Shown here in pieces: positions 11,355 to 22,329 of a DNA stretch of 64,000 nt; the first letter of the stretch is position 1; each line of letters starts with the position of its first letter. Source of the DNA: Octopus vulgaris (lineage: Eukaryota). A program made the position numbers and the translations under genes. The notes under the pieces were generated by a model that worked only from the letters and a program-made list of their open reading frames with translations, did not search any database and was not told the DNA's origin. The stretch covers positions 80,414,001-80,478,000 of the forward strand of contig OX597827.1 of assembly GCA_951406725.2 (NCBI GenBank), given 5' to 3'.

Positions 11355-13730
11355 TGGGGTAGGTTTTGGTAAAGTTCTCGACTGAACCGAAGATTCATAT
11401 TTGTTCTGTAGCTGACCTTCTGCATAACATTCACTCTTGGATCTCTCAGAATAGATATTCCGCTTCACCATCTCTTCTGCATTCCTCGACATAGCAACAG
11501 AAGTGTTAGTCTGGTACAACAATTGTTTCATCTCTGCTCTACCTTGGTAGGCTGTATTCTTTGTGGCAGCAGCTGTGTTATCTCTGTGTTTAATACATTT
11601 CATAATACACAGTGTTATAGAAACAACAATAGCCACTGATATTATTACTGCTGATGATACAATGATAATAACCCATGTCATATGGACCCGACCTGAAGAT
11701 TGTAAAGGTCCACTCTTCGACATTGGTGATGTCTCGTTACTAACAGCCAACACCAAAGTGACACTAGTTGTTGACGACTGAACTGGACTACCACTGTCCT
11801 TCACAACAAACACCAGCTCATAACTTCCAGCATCATTTAGATAAACTTGTCTGGAGAAGGATAAAGCACCACTGTGTGAGTTCATACTAAACAACTGTTT
11901 AGCATTTCCTTGTTTGATTGCATATCTGAGGAAAGCATTGTTTCCACTGTCCCCATCAGAGGCTCTCAAAACTGTGATGTCACTCTTACTCTGCGGATGG
12001 TACTGCACATTTAGCGTGTAAGGGTCACTACTAGGATATGTAAAATACGGAGCATTGTCATTTTGATCTAGAATCTCAACAACAACATTCGCTGTGTCAT
12101 TCAGAGATGGGCTTCCATTGTCTTTGACAAAAACCTCAAACTTATACACATCTTGTTTCTCTCTGTCCAATGACATGGTCGCTGAAATGAAGCCATAACT
12201 GGTGATGAGAAATGGGAGATTGGATTTTTCTTTACGCAGCAGAGAATATGTGAGTTGTCCAGCAGATCCAAGATCAGGGTCAGTGGCATTGACAAAACCA
12301 ATAGGGAAGTCTTTATCTTTGTTTTCGTAGGTGAGGAATTGGAATGTATCTTTGGTAAACTGTGGTTGTACATCGTTGATGTCAGTCACTTGGATAGAGA
12401 GGCTTTTAACACTTTTGAGAGGAGGTAATCCTTTATCTTGACAGGAGACAGGAATGTTATAGTGTCCTTGTGTTTCTCTGTCCACTGGTTTGTTTAGAAT
12501 GATTTTATATTCTTTAGATCCCATTGACTGTAGTTTGAATGTATCATGTTTGATATCACAGCTGACCTCTCCATTTTGTCCCACATCATTGTCAGTGACC
12601 ATCACATAAGCAAGGAAACTACCGACTTTGATGTTTTCAGAGATGGTTCCTGTGTTATAATTGAGTGCATTAACATAATCTATATCCATAGAGGGAGGAT
12701 TATTGTGTTGGTTGATAACATTTACCAGAACAGTTGCTATGGAATTGAGTGGAGGGCTGCCTCCATCCCTGGCCTCTATAAACAATTCATAGGTTTTCTT
12801 TTTTTCCAACTTGGAGTATTTACTCAAGAAAATGCTTCCACTGGTTTCATTTAAGTGAAAATAGCTTTTTGCTAGATCTGATGTTTTGGGGCTGAAATGG
12901 AAAGTAATTTTACCATTTTCACCTGAATCAGCATCCGTTACAGATAAAACAATGATGGGTTTAGACTTGTGATGTGTGCTTTGTATGGATATATTGTATA
13001 GAGGTTTAGAAAACTCTGGTGGGTTGTCATTCACATCTGTTATCGAGATATTTATATTCAAAATACCTTGTTTTGATGGCGAACCTCCATCTTTAGCTAT
13101 GACTTGTAGTAAATATGTATCTTTGACTTCTCTGTCTAATGATTCTTTTAAAACTATTTTCAGAGAAGAAATACCATCAGCTCTTTTAGAAACTGACAGA
13201 GAGAATGGTTCTCCATTCTTTGATTTCAATTTATATTGTATTAATGAGTTTTGAAATCCTACATCTTTGTCTATGGCATTTGGTAGTGATACTTTAGAAC
13301 CTTTACTATCATTTTCATCAAACTGTATATTAACTTGCTTTAAAGGAAACTCCGGTTCGTAGTCATTAATATCTTCTATTACTATTTTGACTTTTAATAT
13401 TTTTGTGAAACTATCCACTTTCTTTATAATAACTTTAACAGTTCTGGAACATTCTTTGTTGAATGTGCAGAGATCTTCTGCATCCAGTGTCTGAGCAGTG
13501 TACAGTTTACCTGTTTTGGTGATATTAAATAACTGTGCCACCTTTCGTTTGAATTGACTGAATGTTATCAAATGTTGGTCAGATGGTTTAACATTGTCTA
13601 AAAGTTTAGAATCGGCAGCAATGTCTGCTACATATGTTCCTGGACTTCTCTCTTCTTCCACATGGTAGGTAAGGTCTATGGTCAAGACACAGTGGACCAG
13701 CGACAATACAAAGGTCAATGGCAGGAACAT
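11355..13730 (-). CDS. PCDH: Protocadherin P2 large exon (SP, EC1-6, TM, proximal tail)
   Basis: Six cadherin repeats (DxNDN, DRE, DxD, AxDxG motifs), EC1 C-x5-C motif, hydrophobic TM. Donor CCA|GTAAGT at 11354; the unspliced ORF continues to 11310. Acceptor at 13786-13787. Confidence 0.97.
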
Positions 13731-14779
13731 GTTGCTGTTGAGTGTCGGAACTGGTTGAATCTGTCAGGAATGATGAAGATTGAACCTGAAATAGAAATAC
13801 AATTTCCTCAATTTCAATTTTTATATATTACACATTGATTCATGCAACAAAGAGATCAGTACATAATTTTTGTGTGTAAATTTAGCAGAGAATGAATGGA
13901 AATGTTCATTACTTTTCCCTGTCATTATTCTAAGCTGTGAGAGATCCTGTAAGAGATGGAACTTTGTGTGACATCATACCATGCCACTTCATATCCATGT
14001 GTTACTTGCCATAATTTGTCGTGGAGAGATTAAGGGTATTGATGCAGAACAGGCATAATCGATGATAAATCGAACATATCCTTTGTATGCTATTCTTATT
14101 GTTTCTTTGTAGTAGTCACATATGGTGGCTGTGAGTGTTCTTTCATTCTCATAAATGTAATTCCTCATATTTTAGTCTTTTGAGTATAGTCTGTGATGTT
14201 ATTTGGTATCACTGTTAGAAGGGAGATGGTAGTTTGGGAAAAAAGTACAATTTACCTATTTTTGTTCTAACTGGACCTATTATGTACTACTGGGTTGGCA
14301 CTGCACTTTGAAAGACTTCAAAGCAACGAGTCATAAGCTGAAAGGCAAAGTAGAAAATGCTTCTTCATGGGTATGCTAGACACATGTGAGAGAAAGACTG
14401 AGGCTGTGAGTGATGAAAATCTTCAGTAAGTGGTAAAACCAAATGGTTGCTATATGGTTAGAGTGGTTATGGCAGTTCCTAGTTTGAAGTGATGGCTGCA
14501 TGGATGACAATGGGATAAAATGTACAAAAGTGTAGACAAAAAAGAACCTGCACATAACTGGTTGTATAAGTGGTACTTAGCACCACTCGAGAGAGCAATT
14601 CTGTCAGAACATGCTGACATCATTGCAATCTTCAGTTGATAGTCAATGAAAGGAGTTCTCTGCATTGCAAGCTGTATGTAAAAACAAGTGGCTGATGTAG
14701 GGTGGCAATAGCCATGAAGCTCTGTCAGAGAAATACTTGTGTATATATTTTGTTTGGTAGGAAAAGATGGTGTACAACA

Positions 14780-15600
14780 CATCATTTAATGCCCTTCTTC
14801 CATGTGGGATGGTTCAACAGGATCCGATGTGTTGGAGGATTGTATCCTGCTCCAATGCTTCATTGGGAATGGTTTCTATGGCTGGATGCCCTTCCTAATG
14901 CTAATCGCAAAACAGAATGTACAAAGTGCCCTTTTATGGGGGTCCAGCACTGGCAAGAAATAAGGTCTTAAACAGGTCCCTATAACTCAAAGAGAGTGAT
15001 GTGTAGGCAAGATGATAAGAGAACTAGATTCCTAGTTGAGAGCAGAAGGTAACGAAAGGGGTAACAAAGTAGAAACTGCAAGGAGAGGAAGTGTGGAATG
15101 GGAAAGGGAGAACAAATAGGATTAGTGTCAGGGGTCAGTGACAAAGCGAAAGACAGAGTGGAAAGGTGATAAAGTAGGTTGTGTAGAGGGGATTCAAGAA
15201 CAATTCTACAATTAGAAGGGCAAGTATGGAAGGGACATGTGCAGGAGAGAGGATAAGAAAGGAAGAAGTAGACGAGAACGACAAGATGTCTGGAAAGAAT
15301 CACTGAAGAAGTTGTGGACGGTCGGTGTGAATGTGTGTGTGTGTGAGGGAGGAAGTGAGAGATGTGAGGATGGGAGAGCTGTGGGTGAGTGCAGTGAGAA
15401 CAAAGAGGGGGGAAAAGGAAAGCATCCCGGGTGGGGATACTGTAGAGCTAGGACAATGAGAGAAAGAGGTGGAGGAGAAGTGGTTGAGAGCACTAAGAGA
15501 AAGAAGGGCTGGGGAGTATCCGAGAGGTGTAAGCGCAGGTAGTAGGATAAAGACAGAAATAGATGTTTGGTGGCAATACAGGTGAGAATTGAAAAACTGT
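14780..15600 (-). mobile_element. Retroelement remnant (SINE/LINE 3' part followed by purine-rich low-complexity tract)
   Basis: The ggatgcccttcctaatgc motif is shared with 29330-29600 and 32640-33048. A long GA-rich tract resembles 30480-31250. Confidence 0.5.
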
Positions 15601-16319
15601 GGTTGATAGGAGAGATTCTTCCAGTAATCTGAGTGAAACATCACAGTTCCTGACAGTGGTTCTGGTTCTCCCAAACCACCTTCTATTTCGGTTCAAATTC
15701 TCTTTGGTTCTAATTGAAATCGGTCACTCCAATAACTGATACTAAACTAGAAGATTTATAATTTCCAGAAACTATTGTTTCGTTTTATTTGATTGGTAAA
15801 AAAATATTTTAATATAAAACATTAATTAATTTTAGGGATGTTTTCTTAGTAAGAGTCTATCCACCTCCACATCTCAATTGTAGGTTTTAAACTACATGAT
15901 ACTCTCTTGTGATAATTTATCTCATAAGCTACTTATTCTCCCAGACTTTGTATATCATCTTCTTAAGAGATGATCATCATAGAACTAGATTTGTTTCTCA
16001 GTTGATATGCACATGAAATATAATGAATGCATGAATGTTATAATATCCAGTTAAACTTACTTAAACTTTCTTTATGAATATAAACAATTGTCTAAAAAAC
16101 TTAACCGTGTATTCATTTATCAATCATGGCTGACGTAAGTCAACAAAAACAAAGAGCTCTACTTTTCTATGAAACCTAAATGAACAACACCACTAAAACA
16201 AATAATCTTCATAGGAATAATTAATAATGTTTTATATCAAATATATCTGAGTGAAATCTACTTCAGTTTAATTGGAAACAAACCTTTTCCAATAATAAAA
16301 TATGTAAAATAGTGTCCAA

Positions 16320-16760
16320 TGAAGGAAAGCTACACATAAGTGGGCTGGTTACACCCCTGGCATAGGCCATGAGGTTATGGTCTCACTTGCCTTGCCGGGT
16401 CTTCTCAAGCACAGCATATTTCCAAAAGTCTCGGTCACTAGTCAATGCCTCGGTGAGGCCTAATGTTCAAAGGTCATGCTTCACCACTTCATCCTAGGTC
16501 TTCCTGGATCTACCTCTTCCACAGGTTCCCTCAACCAAGGTGTGACACTTTTTCACACAGCTATCCTCATCCATTTTCACCACATGACCATACCAGCGCA
16601 GTCGTCTCTCTTGCACACTACATCTGATGCTTCTTAGGTCCAACTTTTCTCTCAAGGTACTCACACTCTGTCGAGTATGCACGCTGACATTACACATCCA
16701 TCAGATCATACTGGATTCATTCCTTGTGAGCTTATGCATGTCCTCAGCAGTCACGACCCA
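16320..16760 (-). mobile_element. RTE-clade LINE 3' fragment
   Basis: ORF 16494..16697 reads LREKL...RRLRWYGHVVKM...GRGRSRKT, the typical RTE ORF C-terminus. Confidence 0.85.
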
Positions 16761-17057
16761 TATTTTATTTTATTGACCCCAGAAGAATGAAAAGCTAAGC
16801 TGGACTTAAACCCAGGATATAAATCAACCCATCATGCTACTGACTTTGCCATGAAAGTGCATGGCCTTGTGGTTAGGGTGTTCAGCTTATAATCATTAAG
16901 GCTGTGAGATCAATTCCTGAATCAAGTAGCATGTTGTGATCTGGAGCATTTCACATTCTCCCCTCATATTACTAAAGTCACAGAAAATCATGAACACCAC
17001 CACATCAAATAGCCATATAAGATTTAAATATATCATTTTCAAATTATACCCCTTGGA

Positions 17058-17629
17058 GAAAGGATCAATCTTGGCCCATACTGATTGTGTTTTATTTTTC
17101 TTCCTCCTTTTAACATATCTCTAGAGAAAAAATAAAAATGAGATCATATCACTACCTGAGACTGAAACCTCCATCTACCCCACTGTCTTGTCTGTCACCA
17201 AACACCCCTTATCCACTAGGCCACACAGCCAGTAATACTACTTATACAAAATTTGAGATATTTAAATCTATTTTAATGATTGGTTGTTGATTACATTAGT
17301 CCGATAGGTTTAAATACATCATTTTCATACTAGTTATTGCTGTTGTCTCAATGGTCTTGTGGGTAAAGACATGGAAACAGCAATGCACAAACCTCTTTAA
17401 CAAAGGTTCAATCTTGGCCTGAGGCTCTTTGTAAAAGTTTTTTTTTTTCCCCCTTCTCCATTTACAGAAAAAATAAAACTAAATGAGATCATATCTCAAT
17501 CCCTACCTTGAGACTGAAACCTCCATCTACCCCACTGTCCTGTTTGTCACCAAACACCCTTATCCACTAGGCCACAAAATATGCGATATTTAAATCTATT
17601 TTAATGATTGGTTATTGATTACATTAGTC
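17058..17629. repeat. Imperfect direct duplication (~240-bp unit, two copies)
   Basis: aagg(a/t)tcaatcttggcc...gagactgaaacctccatctaccccactgtc...gattacattagtc occurs at ~17058-17301 and ~17402-17629. Confidence 0.85.
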
Positions 17630-18465
17630 TTAGAAATGAGAAATGTTGCAGTACCAGTAATTATATATTTCATCGTCCAATGTATCATAAAGAAAAAGTT
17701 ACTGAAAACCAACAGATTAATGTATTTCTTAATACATTATGACTGAGTGATAGATGGGCTGGTCATGGTTGGAGTGTTTTTGATCGTAGATCAACTCTAA
17801 CAAAACAAAAACATTTTTTAAAAATTGATTCTAGAGTTTTCAAGGTTTTTGTCTTTTTTTTACTTAAATTATTGAAAGAATTACCTTGATATTGTTTTGG
17901 ATGTGGATGACAGCCACATCAACAGCAATGATGACAGCTGAGAGAGAACTGCCAGTGGACAATCACCAAGTCACTACTGCAGTGTGGTTCATCAGGCAAG
18001 GAGCTGCTGAGAGGCCGATAATGCCGAATAGTTTGAACAAACTGCATATATATATCTCTAATATAGGATAAAATTTTCAAAAAATTTTATCAGTGGCCAG
18101 CATTACCTCCTTATTTATAAGTTGTTTATATATATTTATAAAAAAGAAGTTTGAAAACGCCACTATATAAGATAAATGTTAATTTTCTTAGAGATTTTAC
18201 ATGTTTCGGTTCTTCTTGAAAAAAACGAACCTTATTAAAAATATTTAAAAAATTTAAGTGTAATAAAAAAGTTCATAATTGTTTCTTACTGGTCTCAACA
18301 GAGTCTACGTGGTGGTATTTTGTGGAGGGGAGCATAACGGCTGCCTTGTGCATTGACTAGATTCATTGGCCGTAATTGTGAAAATGAGCAGCGGCCGAAA
18401 TAGTAATAGTAGCAGTGACTGTTGGTTGTAGTAGTAGTGACCGTGGTGGTGGTGGTGGTTGGAGT

Positions 18466-18467
<2 letters not shown>

Positions 18468-18508
<41 letters not shown>
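18468..18508. repeat. (TA)n microsatellite next to a SINE tail remnant
   Basis: Read directly. Confidence 0.9.
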
Positions 18509-18511
<3 letters not shown>

Positions 18512-19864
18512 CATGATTTAACATCCATCTTCCATACTGACATGGGTGGAACAGTTTGCTGGCAAGCTGAAGGTTCCAGCCTGATTGAGCTTGGTTTTTA
18601 TGGCTTGATGTGTGTGTGCTGGGTGCTTTTAATGTGACACCAGCACAAATGCTTTTATGTGAAGCTAGCTTGAGTGTTTTTATATGGCACAAACCCTTGA
18701 CTCTAGCAAACCAATCTTTTTCACCAGGGAAAGCAGCCAGCCTTAACACTTCTGCTGTGGGGGACAGGATTATTATTATTTTTTTTACTGAAGTTGGAAA
18801 TATGACAGGAACATTACCATAAAATGCAGTGCATAAAGTAAGCAAAGAGTTATGATGAAACAAATGAGTTAAAAACTAGTCCAGTAGAATTCTAAAAAAT
18901 AGTTGAGAAGAATTCTAAAACATATCCTAGATGATACACAATATATTCCTCCTGAAATAAGTAATCTTTGATGGAAGAAGTATTAAATATTCTCATGATA
19001 ATTAATAATAAATGTTAAAAGAATTTTGAAACAAAATTAACTGATGGAAATTTTATCGCTAAGGAAATAACAGAAAAAAAAAGCAGGCAAGATTTATAAT
19101 TTGGGTTCTGTTTTAATAATATTGTTTTAATGGATAAAGTTTAAATATTAAACATTTTTACCAACATAATCCAATTAACTTTAAATAAAACAATATGATT
19201 TAGATTTTTTTTGAGATGAGATTTTCAATGAACTCCTATTTGATTTATTATCATAGCAGGAGTAAGATAAAATAAGTATATTTAGAGTTTCATCAATTTA
19301 AATTAGAGCTGGACCATAACAATATATGCTACCATCTCCATTCTTGACAGTTAAGAAGGGATTCTAATATGTCTGCTGCTAGTAACTCTAAGCAAAATAT
19401 AAAACACACCATTACTTCATTACTGCTAAAACTCTTCACATTACAAAAGGATTTAGACACAATCTTCTTTCATATATTGAATACAAACATGTGAAGATAT
19501 CTTTCACATGCCATCTGCTATTGTGGTACGATATTAGATCTTAGTTAAATCAAAAACAAACAGACACAATAACACTATATTGTGGAGAGTGTTGTCTCTG
19601 ATTACTGATCAATATGCATAACGAATTGATACGACTAGTCTTGTTTTAATGGATACAGTCTAAATATTAAGCTCTTTAATCAACATAATCCAATTAATTT
19701 TAATTAAAACAATATGAAAAATATTAGTGAAAAATAAGGGTGAATTATTCTTCAGTGTCTTTGTTCCCTTATTACTATTTAAATATATTAAAAACAATAT
19801 ATTACAGATTAAGTGAGATTTATAACATAAAATGAGATTATAAAAGATTCAAATAGAAACTTAC

Positions 19865-20037
19865 CTTTTCAATAATTATATCATTGGTTATTCAGTGAGG
19901 AAGAGAAAGATGTATTGTTGTAGAAAGATCCATTGTAAGTGCTGCTGTAATGGTGTGACAATGGCTGTTATGGTGATGGAGTAGTGTAGCACGTCAGGCA
20001 GAGAGTCTGCTGCTAGGAGAGGGTTGCATGTGTCACT
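19865..20037 (-). other. Predicted non-coding first exon of P2
   Basis: Leader copy with two substitutions versus consensus. Donor AAAG|GTAAGT; Inr-like TTCAGTG. Confidence 0.8.
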
Positions 20038-20251
20038 GAAGTTGTATGTTTGTAAGAGTACATCCACCTAATAGTATTCTGTGTATGTATTTATCCTTAA
20101 AGAAGATTATTAGTGAATATTTAGATATATACAGAGTTATATTTAAATAGCAGCAATATTTTATAGTTAAACATAACTGTTTGGTTTAATAACATCAATA
20201 ATGTAAATGCTTAGCTTTCTAAGTGACTTCATTCTATGTTTTAGTGAGAAT

Positions 20252-20285
20252 CTGATTGGTTGAATGACTTCAATAAAGGACCAAT
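20252..20285. promoter_or_regulatory. Inverted CCAAT pair, P2 promoter
   Basis: CTGATTGG, 21-bp gap, CCAAT. Confidence 0.75.
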
Positions 20286-20792
20286 GAGAATTGTCTTTAG
20301 TCCTAATTTCTTTTCACTCAGCTGTATATTTTACATTTATAGTAAATGATTGTCAGTGTTTTTCAAGAACAGTGACAATATCAATATCTAGTCTTACTTT
20401 CATAAGTATTTTTTTGGAAATTATAAAGAAAATGGTGATAATAAATATTTTCATTAAAATTCCTTTTTAGATTTATAATTTAGATATCCTAGGACAATAT
20501 TCTTTGTGCAACTCCATTATATAAATTTAGACCATTACATGTCAGAGCTAAAGTAAGTTTCTTTTTATTAAGTGTTGATCATATTTCAGTTTTTTCAATT
20601 GTAGTAACTTAAAAATATTGCAGTAGGAAAACTCATCTGAAACTGGTTGAATCTGTGTCAGTAGAGAGAATTAAAGCTTTTCAGAAACTGCTATCTTTGG
20701 GGAATAACTAATGCTATATATTAGAGATACGAAGGAATGTGTAATGTTGATTGTGTGTATGGAACAAATGTAGTTATGCTACTTCAATATTA

Positions 20793-20869
20793 TCATACAT
20801 GTTTCACAGGTGTTTCTTCACTGGAATCTTTTGAAGTAGAATTATCGTTATTTTTGTAAATATTTTGAT
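20793..20869 (-). CDS. PCDH: Protocadherin P3 terminal coding exon
   Basis: aattccag| then DQNIYKNNDNSTSKDSSEETPVKHV-TGA. Confidence 0.85.
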
Positions 20870-20974
20870 CTGGAATTTAGAAACAAGATAGATTTTGATA
20901 TTAATTCAACACAAGTGGGAATAGAAAAATGTATTAGTTATACAAGCATTTATTGATGCTGAAGAACTGCAGAA

Positions 20975-21130
20975 AGTATTCTTTTCTACTCTAGGCACAA
21001 GGCCCGAAATTTTTGAGGAGGGGGTGACAGTCGATTAGATCGACCTTAGTATGCAACTGATATTTATTGAACATAAAGGATGAAAGGCAAAGTCAACCTT
21101 AGCGGAATTTGAACTTAGAACATAAAGACA
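20975..21130 (-). mobile_element. SINE fragment
   Basis: gaaaggcaaagtcaacc...gaatttgaact (reverse B-box). Similar pieces occur near 16770, 38895 and 57760. Confidence 0.5.
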
Positions 21131-22004
21131 GAAAGAGTCATGATAGGAAAAGTGGATTTTGAGTAAAACAATTTTTCTAAGTAATGGATAAATTTAAAAT
21201 ACTTCTTAGGGTCAAGAGAAGATCAAACTTTATCAAAGAAATAGTATAGAAAAATGGAGTAAGCTGGAATTTCAGTATTGATACATAAAAGTTATAATGA
21301 AATCTCTGATAATACAACAGAAATAAAATATCAATTATATTGGTATAACTAGGAATATTCACATTCTTGTACTGAAGTTCTACGGACTTAATAAATTGTC
21401 TCTCAAAATATATCATTAATTGTACAAAATGTTTGACACACACAGTACTGGATGTTACAAAAATGATAGTGTGATCAATAATTTCTGTAAAACATTTTTG
21501 AAACAATAATCTCTGATAAAGAAGAACTATACCAGATGTGTTCAATAAAAGGGAAGCTGTACAGCTATGAAAAAATGTACTAAGTTAAACATAATATATT
21601 AACCGTGCTCTTGTTAAATATAAACAAAGAGGTGATTTGGAATTATGTGACTAAAGATACAACCAAAGTAGCACTGACATGTAATATAGGCTACAGGAAA
21701 AAGTGGCATAAATTAGCTTTAAATGTCTATAATTAGATTAAGGAGGAATAAGTCAGATAAAGAAAACTACAGATCACAAAATATATAATGCAGGATGAAA
21801 GCACACAAAAATGTTTTAAAATGTTAACAAAACAAACAGCAAATCAGCATTGTAGAAGCAATGAAAGAAAAAATATTAACAGAATAATCTCCAACAAGCA
21901 TAAATACAAATGTAATCATCATTTATTGAATGGTATAAAGTTAAGATTAGTAAATGTCCACTCTTAGGATAATGAAAAAGTAACATATAGACGTAGTTAC
22001 TAAC

Positions 22005-22158
22005 CTGATACTCCTGGTATTTCTTCGTAATGTTTCAAGTCTCCTTGTCTACCACTTCTCTTGGATGACATTGTATCTGATGTATAGTTACAAACCATAG
22101 TAGCATTATCTTCCACAGCATCATCACTTGATGTCACCACAACAGGTTGACAGTATTT
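22005..22158 (-). CDS. PCDH: Protocadherin P3 exon 3
   Basis: Same 154-nt exon and splice sites as P2. Confidence 0.88.
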
Positions 22159-22329
22159 CTGTTGACAAACAAACGATAAAGAAATGAGAGAAGACACCAA
22201 ACAATGGAAGTTACAATCAACATGGAAAGAGAACAATTTAATATTGGAATGTATTATTGAAGTTAAAACATATTCAAAGAGATTTCATTGTTCACTTTTA
22301 CAGAGAGAAAATGTAATGTTTCCACTTAC

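Noticed and set aside
11563-13254. Recurrent antisense and alternate-frame ORFs (72 aa, 90 aa, 79-102 aa) repeated in each unit
   Set aside because: They are shadows of the conserved Pcdh coding sequence, mostly without true ATG starts. They recur only because the exon is duplicated.
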